Position numbers and translations under genes: made by a program
The notes under the pieces: model-generated
What the model saw: the letters and a program-made list of their open reading frames with translations, nothing else
What the model was told of the DNA's origin: nothing
Database searches by the model: none
Shown here: in pieces, positions 11,270 to 25,033 of the stretch
How the letters are laid out: every line of letters begins with the position of its first letter
Position numbering within the stretch: position 1 is the first letter of the stretch
Origin: Sphagnum compactum
Taxonomy: Eukaryota
Assembly: GCA_965153455.1 (NCBI GenBank)
Contig: OZ234493.1
Span: 31,300,213 to 31,364,212, forward strand
Reading direction: 5' to 3'
Length of the DNA stretch: 64,000 bases

Positions 11270-12760
11270 TGTTTCCTGACTTTTCTTCCTTTATTGATTT
11301 CCGTTGCCTTTTGGATGGTATTGGGGTTTTGGGCATTCCATTTGAATTTGCTTCTTTTATTTCTTCCTTCTTACAAATGTGTTGGATGAAGATGTTCACG
11401 ATGAAATGTATTTTTGAAGTTAAGGGATGTCCAAGTAGCTTTTGGGGTCCTCTTTTGATATTTTGCCAAAAGACCTTTTTTTTGTTTTGTTCGTCCCTTC
11501 TTTTGCCAACCTTTTAACATCGGTTTGCTTTTTTCAACGAAACTTTCATGTAAGTTTTTGGGCATCTCTTACGCCTAAGCTCTTTGGATTGCCCATAGGC
11601 CTCCTTGGTGCACTATCATGTTTTTTTTTCCCGTTTCTCATGGGGAGATTGGCCTCATTTTCACATAACTCATTACACCAACAACCTATTGGGGAATTGG
11701 GCACTTGTTGCACCTATCAACATCATTAAATTCTTTTCGGATAATCACCCATTTTTCTTGGAAGCGAGAGGTGCCAACAACTCTAATTTACTCCCATTCG
11801 AAGCTCATTTGAGGTTGGTGTGGGAATTCCTTGGATGTGGTGACTTGTGTTCTCCCTTTCACATAGTTTGTAAAAAGGGGATTAGATCAATTTCAAGAGG
11901 ACATTTCAAACATATTACACAACCATTCCTTCCTTAACATCATCTTTCACATGTTTTTTGATTCAAATCATCTGCATCTAAGGTTTTGTGTGGGCTTGGG
12001 GGTGGATGCTTGGCTTTTTGCTTGCCCAATCATTTAGTTTTTCCATTTGGCCTCATGTGTGTTTTTTTGGTGTTGCACATTAGGTTGGTCCTCCCCCATC
12101 CTTTAACTCTCAGGTTGATTTAATGCATTTGTGGCCAACCTATAAATCCAAAAGGGATTCACCTTTTTCATGACTCCCATGGGGGGAATGGATTGCATCC
12201 CACAATGTTGTCTACGATGCTTTCATCTCCATTACGACAAATGTGGGGTTTCATGTTTCATGTGAATAAACTAACATTCTTCTGCCAACCTCCCTTTAAT
12301 ATTTTCATTGTCAGGTTCACATTGCGTTATCCGTTGATGGCATCCACACCTTAGCTAATGTGTGGGCTTTTTAATCTCACAAGGTGACTATGATAGTGGT
12401 GGCTTAAAAAAAGAAAAGACTTTAACCATGATCAACATTTGACAGATGCATTTCTTCCTTTTGCTATTGAGGTTTTCAATTACATGCACCAACAAGCCGA
12501 TGACTTTCTTCGTTGATGTGTCAATATGACATGATTAGGAAAGGTTTTCAATGACCTTCCACAAGTTATTTTGCATGTTTTCTATAAGCATGGGGTGTTG
12601 ATAGCTCTATAAAGAGCTTAGGTAGTTTCTATTTTGAGCCATGTCATTGTTGCAAGTGAAGGTTTTTCTAAGTTAAATGTTTTTTCAAATTTTCCATCTT
12701 TTTTCTTTTTAATATGCTTATTGCAATTGTTGGGGGCTTTGGGATATGATTTGTTTTGGT
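11270..12760 (+). mobile_element. Degenerate non-LTR retrotransposon 3' part, CRE-like (restriction-like endonuclease type)
   Basis: Broken + strand frames give DGIGVLGIPF (G..LG.P.G motif after RT) and a decayed C.CG..I...G.HL....HGG...SH.V..D zinc-knuckle/RH-type motif at ~12125-12220. Many stops and frameshifts. Confidence 0.55.
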
Positions 12761-12869
12761 GCACTTTTGTAATCCATTCTCGGTTCTGCTCTTTTGGTTC
12801 AAACTTGGGTCCTTTTTCTTTGTCCTTCTTTTCCCCCTTGATGGGTGCTTTGTTTAATGGAGTTTCCTA

Positions 12870-15800
12870 GGATTTCATCATTTAGGGTTTAATTTATGCA
12901 TATGGATTTTTGATTTAAAAATTTTCAGCATGTAAAGAATATGTCATATTATTAGTAAAAAACAAAGTGGGGTTATTAGTTTCTAGTTTGTCTACAAAAT
13001 GTCATTGTTTAGAATCATCGTTAGATATTTGAACCTTATAGACCAAAGTTCAAATCCAATATAGCACCATTTCAAGTTGCCTTTGGAAAAATGCATGACT
13101 TTTGTTTTGCCATATTTTCTAAAATTTTGACATAATGGACTCACGATTTCCAAAATTGAAAAAATGCAAAAAAATCAATTATTCCCAAGGTGATTAATAT
13201 GCTAGGGTACATTCAAACCATTCTTATGACAACAAATGGTAGTAGAATCTATAGGGGTCCCAAGAGGAACATGGCAAGACTTTTGTTCAAGGTAATGAAT
13301 GCAATGAAAGAAAACAAATAATCAAAAGAAAAAATGTTAATAACTAATTACTACTTGTGTGGCCTGGGTTGTTGGCCCAATTGTTAATTAATAAATCAAT
13401 ATTAAGAACATACCCTAATCTTCCTAAATATTAAATATATATATCTTCAAGGTTTTTAAAGACATGATTAAGATGAAAGGGCAAACAAGATGGTCATTGG
13501 GGAATTCTCCATGCACTTCCTCATGTTATCCTCATGTGATGTGAAAGGGAAGACATAAAGGCCAATATGATGAAGAGATATGATTGGTTGAAATGAATCA
13601 AGTGTACATAAGACCCTTTATTTGCCTAAATGTGAACTCAAGTGTCATTGGCCAATGCTTGTTGTTTCCCATTTGTGCACATCTTGGAACCATAATGAAA
13701 TCAACACTAGACTTTTGTAACATATTCCTTATTTTTGCCATGTCCAAGGAGTTGCATAACTTGTTAAGATTATGTCTTGCATACCTTAAATGTAGATTAT
13801 GTCCTTGCAAAGTCTATAATATAAATGAAGATGTGCAATAGACAAGGTCTGCCCAAATGATCTATGTGACAAAATGTAAATCAATTTCCTACAGTTGAGC
13901 TTGCCATGATTCTTGAGCATTATGTCTTAAATGTTTAATAAAGGTCATGTTCTAATATGGCTAGGATCAACTTATGGTGTGTAGAGACCAAGCCATATAT
14001 GAAGCAATCACAATAAGTGGGTCTTAGACACAACATCAACATTGTACATTTGGACTAACAACTAGAAGTCTAATTGGGAAATGAACTAGCCATGGGTAAG
14101 TCATTTAGATGCCTATGGTAGCATGGGCTCTTCTTTGAAGACATCAATATAGTAAAAAGTTAGACCAACTTTGAGAACAATGTCAAAGGTAGTGAAGGAT
14201 CAAGCAATGAAACATGCATGGCAAATGAATGACAATAGTGATTGTTCAAATCAAATAAGAAAACAATGACAATAAAACTCAACCACATTCAAAATGAAAT
14301 GTAGGTCAAGAAGCGCACTTAATGGCCAATAAATGGGTAGAACCAAGGAGTTGCAACAACCCTTGGGTGAACCAACACCCACACTAGATGTACCATGGTC
14401 AAAACTAGGAAAATCCTATTAAAGTAGATTCAAACATTATACATATTCAATACATAGAATGAATCGAGGTCTCTAAGTACAACTTCTCCATTTTCTACAC
14501 TGAATACGGCCATTAAAAGGCTTTTACAAAGATGTTGAAGGTACAAATATGGGTCACTTTAATTGTGGGACAAGCCTTGGCATTGGAACTATAATACTTC
14601 AACAAAAAAGAGGTGGTGTGTTAACACATGTTGCAAGCATGTCTAGACTTCAAAAAAAGAACTGCAAACATAAATGGATTAGAATATGGTATTTTACAGT
14701 TTGATTATATACATACTACCCTAGGTTTTCATAGGGATGGATGATGCATCTTTTTCTGCACTTGCCAATGATGGCCACATGGTTCCATAAAATAGAATAC
14801 AAGAAAACCTTCTAAGGCCAAGATTTTGGGTCTATTTTCAATATGTGGGAGATGAAACCCAAATAAAGGTGCTTCCATTCACTAGCATTAAGTTGGCTGA
14901 AAATTCCCATGGCATAGAAGATGCCTAACAATGTGATCTAGAATGGAAGTTGGAAATAAAACCAATGCCATTTTGATAGTCCATGTAACACTCATGAGAA
15001 TGCATTTGGCAAAAGCAAAATTGAAAGAAGGGGTCCAAGCTTGAAATGTTTAGAAGTTCAAAGTTGGGCAAGATTGGGTCATAACATCATAACCTCTTAC
15101 GTTGACACATGTCAAACTTTCTACATGAATGGCAGTGAAGCTTCTATTATTCCCCACTACCTCCATCAATTGTCAACAACAAGTAATGATAAAAACACCC
15201 AAGCAGTAGGTGGAAATCTCTAGAATGTGGTGTTAGTTTAGCAAATTGCTATGTGCATAATGAGAACATATCAAGTCATAATCTTGTGAGCAACCTTTTT
15301 GTTACTTACAAAATATTAGACCCGAGCCTTAATGAGGAATGGCAATGGGTAGCTACCATTGCTCCCCACTAACTCCGTCAGCTACAATAGATGTAGATAT
15401 GCAATCATAAACTGCTGCAATTACAAGTGAATGACTATGTTCAAATTTCCTAAGGTTTTGTTGCATTTCAAGAAGTAGCAAGAATACATAGTCACCATGC
15501 CCATCACCATTGATTCATGATTGCAAAAAAATGGGGATTACACTATGTAGACTTTAAAGATTGACTAGAATCACTCATTGTTCTTTAGACATTGGATGTG
15601 CTCATCTATATGGCATAGTAGAGGTAATGAGTGAATTTTTGCAAATCATGCCAATTTTGGTCAAATTTAGACATCCTACCAAGAATGAGTCTAGTCACCA
15701 CCTTGTGACCATCACTCACCATATATCAAACCATCACTTTCAACATGAATGACTATTATGATCTACCATTGCTCGAATTTTGTTTGGTTTCCTATGTTAA

Positions 15801-17900
15801 TAAATGTTAGTAACAATATGATGCTCCAACAAAAATGTGTTTTTGCCCACACCCCACATTATTAACTAGTTAGAGATACAAAACCTAACAATATTTTGGG
15901 CAAGGCCCCTAGTATGGTCATTTAGTCTTTAATGAAGGACAATATGTATAACAACCTAGTGGCCTCAACATTGGTTAGTTCATTCCCAATTCAAAATTTG
16001 AAAGAGGTGGGCACCAAATATTACCATGTAAATTGAATGGGGCTATTATGCAAATAATGCCATACACACCCATATAGACAGAATAGACTATCTAATGGAC
16101 ATAATTTGGCATTTATACCAACAACTATACAACCAAGTTTTCTAAAGATGGTGAGCACAACACCATCAAAGCCCAACAAATGGCATTGATTGTGACTAAT
16201 GGTTGGATATTAGACCAGAGAAAAACAAACCAAGCAACAAATGGGCTTTGTCACAAAAGAGGATATACCAGTGACAAAATGTTACCAAGGATATGGGTTT
16301 TTTTTATTGGTGAAATGTCACCCAAAAAAATTTAAAAAATGGTTTAGTAAGTAGCCAAAAATATAGAAAGATGATTAAATATTTGTGTTTATTATCTAGT
16401 CTTTAGCCAAACTTGGCTACATCTTCCTAGAGAAGTTCGCCATTTTTTCTACATGTTCCTATGTATTATAGCCACTTTGGTTACAGGAAAAAGTCCTTAA
16501 GAGAAACATTAGACATAATGTGCACCTCTTTGACCAATTTTAGTTCCTAAACATTATTACCATCATGTAAACCATCTCATAGTAACAATTTCAAGCATTT
16601 TCAACACCATGATCCAACATGGTTTTGTAGATTTTATACACCACCTAAAGTTTGTTCTCCATTTTTGGCACTTTGTTCAACCAATAATCTATAAAGCACA
16701 AAAATCATAACTTAAAACATTGGATATGCTCTCATTAAATCGGTCAACTAGCCTCCAATGGAAGCTCTTGCATAAGGTTTGAAGTACCAACTTTCATCAA
16801 AATGATGATGAAATCAATCAACACACCATGTCATCCCAAAAAAATGATATTGAGAATGGTTAATTCTATTTGCATAGTCCACAAAAGGAAGATGCATTTT
16901 CTAATGGAACTATTTGCAGAACAAATAATTGGAAAAACCCAATTTTGTAGCATAATCAATATTGACCATATAAGTTGTTGCAATTGCATGCACAATCAAA
17001 TTGTTGGGCGAGGACAAAAAGTACATATTTAGGTCCACAACAAGCATAGGTGTTTCAAGAATCCTCTTTTACTATCAAGTTTAGAACTGAACACCCAACT
17101 TGCCATAAAGGGGCACTTTTTTCATTTACAAAGTTTACTTGGTTCACCCATCTTTGATAAATAGTAATGAGCTCCTTTCATAGAGCTCCTGAAAACTAGT
17201 TTCAAATATTAAAAAACTAAACCTAATTTCATCATACATTTGTATGCAATAATTGAAGAGAAAGAACTTACTTGAATGCGATTCACCTCCAAGGGCTTGG
17301 TAATGGCATGGCTACTAGGAATGTAAAAGGACCATTTGCAACTCACAACAATACAGTTGGCATTGAACAAAAGCTTGCCCCCCTAAAAGTTGGGTGCTTA
17401 GAGGTTTTTGACAAAAACAAATGTAGAAACTTGTTTCATCCAAGTTCATCTAGAGAGGCTACAATACCACGACTTCATCCAAGTTTATCTAAAGGGGCAA
17501 GATGGATGTTGTGGTGGACGGCTAAGTTCCAACCTTTTTTTTGGCTAGCCTTATATAGCTAGAATGCTAAAAGTGGTAATTGGTTGAAAAATTAAATTTT
17601 GTAAATCTTAATTAATTTTAAACAAGAAAAATCACTCCCATTGAAAGATTTTTGATAATACTATAAGTGCTACAAGGGGTCCCACTATCCAAGAGGGTTA
17701 AACCATGGTCACAAACAAAATAAAAATAACAAAATAAACACATACTTTAATACATAGACCCCATGTTAATTTATGATTTTCCATATTAACCCATGATAAT
17801 CCATGCTTCCCTTGTTAATCCTTTAGTTAATCCATGTTTTCCATAACCTTAGTGTGGCTTGTGCCATTAGAATTGTGATTGCTAGTGACCAAAACTATGT
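12870..17900 (-). mobile_element. Highly degenerate Ty3/gypsy-like gag-pol relic
   Basis: Minus-strand remnants in RT-before-integrase order: RT-like at ~15800-16260 (GY.QI-like, then MA.G..N.P..F-like) and integrase-like at ~14540-15040 (GP..., MDY..W, CP..LKSD). LTRs were not resolved. Confidence 0.5.
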
Positions 17901-18182
17901 AAATGTTCAAAGTGTGAATAGGACTCTAATCATAGAGCCCAACTGTGAGAAAACCATTTAAAATTTAATTTCTTGTGACAAAAAACAATCAAAATTCAAT
18001 ATCTCTCACACCTTATGTGTAAAATTTACCAATTGCATCCATTCAATTTCACTCATCAAGAGCTGTCCAATAGTACCAAAAATGAACCCTAATTACCTTG
18101 CAATGTGTTTGTTTTGATTTTATTGAATTTTCAATCACAAAATGATTTGATATTCAATAACTCTTACATCATAGGTTGAAAC

Positions 18183-21100
18183 CAGTGTTGGGCATGTATC
18201 ACATTTTTATGATACCTGTTGGATCCAATTTTCATAAAACCTTTTATAAAAGGTATAGTTTTCATTTTTTTCCCCTTAAAATTTATATGTTGAGCAAGGG
18301 TATTAGTATATATATATAAACTAGTTTTCAATATGTCGTTTCTCAAAATTTTGAAAACAATTGGTTCTCCTTAATTTGCCAATTTTCACAAACTAGGTTA
18401 ATTAATTATTATTTTTATTAATGATTATATATATATATATATATATAAGTTTTACACTTCAACAACTTCAACCCTTTCAAATTCACCTTCAAACTCTTTT
18501 AATTCCTCTTTTAGATTTACATCCCTTTCAAGGAATTCCATTAAGTTAGATGGAGACTTACAACCTATTCTAGGATCATTAGGCCAATTTTTGTTGACAA
18601 ATATCAACTTCTCTGAATTTTCAATTTGCAAATGACATCTCCTAAGGTTAATAAGTTTTCTAGCCAAAGAAAACATTCTTTCTATTTCAATTTGAAATCC
18701 AACAACACCCAAAATCTATCGGGCTAAAAATCCAACTATAGGAAACCTTGCTTCATGTTTCTGCCACCACTGAAGAGGACATTTGAAGTCCTTAACATCT
18801 AATTGATATCTCCTGAAAACCAGGAACTCCCTCTTCACAAACTCTTCTACTAGTTCACTTGTGCTTGTAATTTGGTCAAAAATATCTAAATTGTAATCCT
18901 GCTCAAAAATATCTTGGTCAACATAATTCCTATTTAACCTTACCAAATGATGCAAATGCTAATGGCATTATACCAACATAGGACACAAGGGTTTCTATCA
19001 TATTCCTCAACAAGAGCAACACCTTGCTCCCTTCCAACAAATGAGGATACTAAACAAAGATTCTTAAACCTAGGGTCTAACATTAAAAAATCATATTATG
19101 AGTTTTCCTATTTTCATATTATTTCAAGAATGAAAGGAAAGAATTTAGCACAATGATTACCTCCTTTTTATGTTAAAGGCCAACAAAGATAACTCATAAG
19201 AAATAATGGAATTATCTTCCATTAAACTTTTAAATGAAGGAATAATTTTGTTTTCCTCATTCAGTTTCAAACTCATGGAAATAGTAGAGTGTAGAACATC
19301 ATTGAAGAGCCAATGTCCACAAGTTAAAAACACAAGCATAAACAATTGGAGAAAGACAATCCACTATAATATGAAAAATGTGCCAAGTTAAAGGTGGAGG
19401 CACTCGACCAGTGATTCTCACAACAATTTGTTTGTTATATTAAAGCACAACGGCAAAATGAAATTGTAAGTCCATTTGAAACATAATGACCTTACTAGTA
19501 AACCTGCAACATAACCAATAATAATAAAAATTAGTTCTCATGTATAATTCAGTACTTCAAAAATGGTAAATTGTTGAAATAATAATGAAACAAAAAAGAC
19601 TACATGGTTTTCATTGGGTGTTCAATTTTTTGGGGCGAATGCCATTCTCAACACATTCCTACCTTCCCTTTCGAGATTTCTTAGGCCAAGTGATGCACTT
19701 TTGTAGATTTGCTTGAGCAAACTTAACAGAAACATATTTTAGATCCTTACACACCTTTTCCTCTCCAGTGCCATATTGACATGCTTTTGAAAACATGCCC
19801 AAAGCAAGTGCCCTAAAAGCTCTCTTCTAAACCAAAAGATTCACAATTTATAACAACTTTCAATGTAATAGTCATTACATTGAGATTTGACCCCTCATCT
19901 TTGACATAAGCATTGATTTTTTTCCTTAAAGCATATTTGTCTAATAATTCTATCAGACTTTTAGCCAATGTTTGACCAATAATTTTTGTCACCTCAAACA
20001 AGCCAATAGCTACATGTTTTGGCTGCCAATCATTGCTAAAAATTGATCATTAATGCAAAGACATCATAGGCTCCCTTAGACATCCAAAGATCAAAGTTAG
20101 TTGTTGCAGAAAAACAATCTGCCAATGCAGGAAGAACATACTGTTGATTTGTCTTCTCAATTAACCTTGGCAATATCCCTTGTGAAAACTACCTTCTGGA
20201 AGGGAAATTTAATTTTGAACACAAACGCAAAATTAAACATTTCAGGCACATGTTCTTGACAAACTGAATTGGTAAATTGTTCTTGACAATCAAAAGACCT
20301 AGGTCTTTTAAAAGTTCTTTCTGCAACACATCCTTTTTTTGCAGGAAACTTTGAGAAAAACAAATTTAAAAATTGACCCACTAGACACAATCACTCTTTT
20401 ATTTGCTGGTTGTCTTTCTTCTCTTCCTTTCAACAAAGAGTTTACTTATTTGTAAAACATTTTTGGAATAGTAGTGTGCTCTGCATCCACATGCTTTTTT
20501 AGAAAAGTTATTCCATTTGTCTTGTAATAAAAAATCGGTCCTTTCCTTGCTTGAGTTTTCGAATTTATTCCTATTATAGGTTCTTGATAATAAAGGATAT
20601 AACACATGATTTGTGTATTATCAAGATCACTAACACAATAAAAACTCCAACATAAAGATAATCTTCCATGTGGTCGCCAACTTTTTTTTTGTGCCTGTAA
20701 TTTTTAAAAGTTTATCTTCATTTGTTCTTCTTTTCATTTTCTGGATTCTTGTTTATTTCTGTTTGCACACTTACATTTTTTTCCATAATTTCATCATTTA
20801 TACAATTTCATTTATCCCATTATGTTCAATTACAACATTTTCATCTACAGAGAATTGTTCCATTGGTAGTTTTCACAAGAATATTTTCAGACCTAAGTAA
20901 GGCATAAGATTAACAGACAATTCCAAAAAAAAATCACAAACAAAAAAAGAAGGCAAAAAAATATATTCACAAAGGTTTAAAGTTTAGAAAAAACATTTAC
21001 AAAAACAATGGGTTTAAAAGTAAAGTTTTGAAGAAAACAATTACAAACAATGGGGTTGAAGGCTAGGAAATAAAATAAAATCACTCATTTTTCTCTCATT

Positions 21101-22285
21101 AAAATTACAAAAATGTATAATGATAATTTTTTTTAGAATTTTTTTTGGGTTTATGGATATCCTACACATTAACAAACAAAAAAACAAATTACATTTCTAA
21201 ACAAACATATTACAAGAATTTTTTTAAAAAACTAGAATAAAACAGAAAATAAATCAAAGACAAAAACTACTTAACGAAAAAAAAGAAAAAAAAAACCTAA
21301 GCACAAAAAAAAATTTAACCTTCTCTAGTGGTTGCAAGAGAACTCGCTTCTCCAAGCTCCTTTTTGCAAAAGAAGAGGGAGGAAGGAAGTACCAACCAAT
21401 AAGGTAGTGAGGCAACAAGGCACGAAGCAACAAGGTAGTAAAACAACAAATTGGGGGGGAGGGGGTCCAAAAGGTACCTGAGGTGCAATGGCAATTAAAC
21501 AACGAGAGGCAGTAAGGCAATGCGATGAGGTAGGGAAGCAGTGCGATTAAGCAACGAGGTAGTGTGATCAGGCATCATGACAAGGCATTGCAACGAGGCA
21601 GCGAAACAACGTGACGAGGTAGCAAGTTGAGGCAATAGGACAAAGCGAAACAACGTGACGAGGTAGCAAGTTGAGGCAATAGGACGAGGTGACGAGGTAG
21701 TAGCTCAAGGCAACACAAAGCACATCAAGACAAGAAGCATCAACAAGACAAGAGGCTCCAAAGAAAGAAGAAAAGGGGAAAAAAAAAGAAAAAGAAGAGT
21801 GAGAATGATGAAAAGGGGAGGAAAAAAATGAAGAGAAAGGAGAAAATTTTAATTCTATGATCCAAACTCCAAAATCTAAACAACACAAAACATTAGAAAA
21901 CACAAACATGCACAATGCCCAACCTTTGTGAACACAAGTGAAAAAAATGCAAGCCAAAGAATTAAGGTAGAAAAGTGCATTTTATAAAAAAAATTAAGGT
22001 TTTCTGGAAGTGGCCATTGGAATGTGACGCCTCCACTTAACCCTAATTTTTTTCACATAGGATTCTCCTAAGACCCTTACCCATGTTAGGGGTCAGACCT
22101 TAACCGGGTCTCACTATTGTTATTTTTAAAAACTTAACCGGTTATCACCATATGGTTCTCACACAAGTGAGAACTGATTATCCAGTTTTCAGGCAAAGGG
22201 TATCACTCAGTGTGATACCCTAAGGGGTTCAGACCTTGATGCCCGACTAATGCCCGTGGGGATTTGTGACTCCTACCCAACATTG
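18183..22285 (-). mobile_element. hAT DNA transposon with TIRs, 8-bp TSD and pseudogenised transposase
   Basis: Left end CAGTGTTGGG (18183) and right end CCCAACATTG (ends 22285) match 9/10 as inverted repeats. A perfect direct repeat GTTGAAAC flanks both ends (18175-18182 and 22286-22293). Confidence 0.92.
18452..20400 (-). pseudogene. Disrupted hAT transposase
   Basis: Fragments include FDLWMS (~20085-20100), YVKDEGSNL, LDPRFK-like (~19065-19085) and the hATC dimerisation domain CPLQWWQKHEARFPIVGFLAR*...QIEIERMFSLA...LIFVNKNWP, with stops and frameshifts. Confidence 0.88.
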
Positions 22286-23550
22286 GTTGAAACATTATGA
22301 AATTACCTTGTTGCCCCATATTCCAAGTTTACGCAAGTGCACAAAGGATTGCTTTCTAATGATCAGAAAATGTTAAGACAGAGTGAGCTCAATTGAGAAT
22401 TGTGTTGTGACAAATTGTAGACAAATTTGCAACATCATAATACAATTGTTTATAAGGATTTTTATATAACAAAAGAAAGAAAACAAAGATTTTTGTTGTA
22501 GTAAGTACTGATTTTGAGCTTCAAATAAATCATAACAAATGACTTCTTCAAAAACTGAAGGGAACCCAATCGGAGTAGTTAGACTTCTAATCATGTTGAC
22601 AAAGACAAAAAAACACATTTTAAGAAAAAGAAGTCAGAGTCCCTTTCACAAAGAGTCACACAAAATCACAGAACTGAAAAAGCTTCAGAGGTACTAACAC
22701 CAATTGTTCTCTGATTGTAAAAAATACTTCATACAAAAAAAAGTTTTCCATGTTGCCCATGCAATCCAAACATGCCAGAAATGTTCACTCCATGATGCCA
22801 AGCGTAGTGTGGTGCAAAGTTTTGTACATGATTGTCGTACTTTGAGCTGTCATTGCAATAGCTCTAAATGTGGTTACTGATCTTCTAGTGCAACCACAAA
22901 AGATTTTAAGAAGCGCAAGAAACAGAGGAAGGAATGGCAACTTTTCATTCATAGAAGGAACTCTGCCATTCAGCATTTGAATCCCACCTTGTGCTCCGGA
23001 ACTATTCCACATTTGAACTCCATCCATCATTTGAGTTCCACAGCTCAATTACACCAGGAGCTATGTGTCATATAGTTCAAGCTCCCTTGTTATTATACTC
23101 CAGAATCAGGACAATTTGAGGTTTCCATAACAAATCCGACTTGGAACTGCTGTGCTGTCATTCGTCATCAGCATCACTGCCAACTTGGTCCCTGTCTGTC
23201 ATTTTTGCTCTATTCAACAAAAACCCAATGCAGGCAATGAGCAAAAGGGTTTTAAACCCAGGGAAGAAGAAAACCCAAAATCTTTGGCCTAAGTCACCAG
23301 ATCAGCCACTTCTCTGCTTATCATCTCCAGTGAATGAGAGCTTTGCAGCTTCACCATACTCAACAGGAATGAGGGGTACATACCATTACAGATTTGAACA
23401 TCAGAAGGTGATGATATGAGACAATTACTTTCAATCCATAATCAATGGGAAGGCAAATCTTGCTGATGTGTTGCATTCTGATTCATCCCTGAGATGAGCA
23501 TTATTTTCTGATAACCTACCTTCTTCTTCAACGTAGATAAATTCCATTAA

Positions 23551-23921
23551 ACCCTCTTCTCAATTTCCTGCACAGAAAATGGAATTTATGAGAAACACCC
23601 ATTAGGTAAAAGCCAAAGCAAGACCCACACTCTCTTCTCAATTTCCTCCACAGATTAGAATTTAAGAGCAATACCCATCAGGCAAATCAAAGCAAGACTC
23701 ACACCCTCTTCTCAATTTCCTGCAGAGAAATGGAACTTATGAGAAACACCCACAAAGCCAACCGAAGCAAGATTCTCACACCCTCTTCTCAATTTTCTGC
23801 ACAATAATGGAATCTGTGATAATCACCTATCATGCAAACCAAAGCAAGACTCACACCCTCTTCTCAAATTCTTGCACAGAAATGGAATTATGAGCAACAC
23901 CCATGAGGCAAATCAAAGCAA
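23551..23921. repeat. Five diverged tandem copies of a ~75-bp unit
   Basis: ctcttctcaa(t/a)tt...ca.a...gaa......caaagcaagactcaca recurs at ~23552, 23630, 23705, 23781 and 23856. Confidence 0.9.
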
Positions 23922-24487
23922 GTAACTTGGGTTCTAAGAACTTACTTGCTTACTTACCTTTATCCAGATCTGAGTTTTTTTCTTGACCCACTCTTGGCAG
24001 CACACAGTACACTTAGCAACACCCATTTCGAGCAAACACAAATAAACACAAGAAAACTGTAGTCTTTTGCGAACAAAAAGATTTCTGTTGTCATCTTTGT
24101 CCATTCCTTTCTGTACATGTTATACTGTATGTAAGCAATTTCATACTTGCAACTTTTTTCTGTCCACTTTTGTCATTCATTTGTGTACCTCCATGTTACA
24201 TCTATCTATTAAGAAGGTTGTTTGTTTGTTTGCCAACTTGAGGTCTCCAAAACCATGGAGCTCCCCACTGCTCCCCACTTGTGCTCTTGGTATCATTGGA
24301 AAGCTTTTGATGAGTATTGGTGCACCGAGATGATTGTTTAGACTAATTACTAAACATTACTAAACACCCAATGCAAATCAATTAACAAATTTAATGCTCA
24401 TCTAACATTTTGACCCCTATAAGAGAACCTCTAATGAGGAGTTCCATCCTCTATCTTGGGCACTTATGTAGAACTCTATTGCTCAAC

Positions 24488-24740
24488 CTGGGACCAATTC
24501 TCTTGAACATGCAGACTACATAGTATACATTTTCATCCATTGCCCAAGGGACCAATTTTCCTCAAGATTCTAACTATGTACACATTTTATCCATTGCCCG
24601 AGTCTTTGTACCAACTGTCCTGAAGGTGCAAACTACTAATCTCCATTTGATCCATTGCCCAAGGGACCAATTCTTCCCAAGGTGCAAACTATGTACATTG
24701 CCCCTTTTGATCCATTGCCCCTTGAGAGACCAATTCTACG
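24488..24740. repeat. Minisatellite, ~55-60-bp unit, 4-5 copies
   Basis: atccattgccc(aaggg)accaatt followed by a related gtgcaaacta(tgtaca) segment in each unit. Confidence 0.85.
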
Positions 24741-25033
24741 ATGTAATTAGGGTTGGGAATATGCCACCTTACATGTCACATCATGATATTGATGCTAGAA
24801 TTTTGATGGTTGTTTCCCAGTATTGGACGATTGCATAAATTTTGAAAGAAACAGTCATTCTTACAGTCTGGTTCTTCGATAAGTAGCATATGAAAGAACC
24901 ATGGTGGCTTGATCTCTTGTGTGGTTGCTGCAATATAATTTGGGTGCTGCTTGGACCAGCCATGATGTAAAATTTCTTTTTACAGGAGGTAAAATTTCTT
25001 TGTACAAGAGGTAAAATTTAGACCATGGAAGAT

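Noticed and set aside
24488..24740. CRISPR-like repeat/spacer pattern
   Set aside because: Spacers are homologous to each other, repeats are degenerate, no cas genes are present and the context is eukaryotic; it is a minisatellite.
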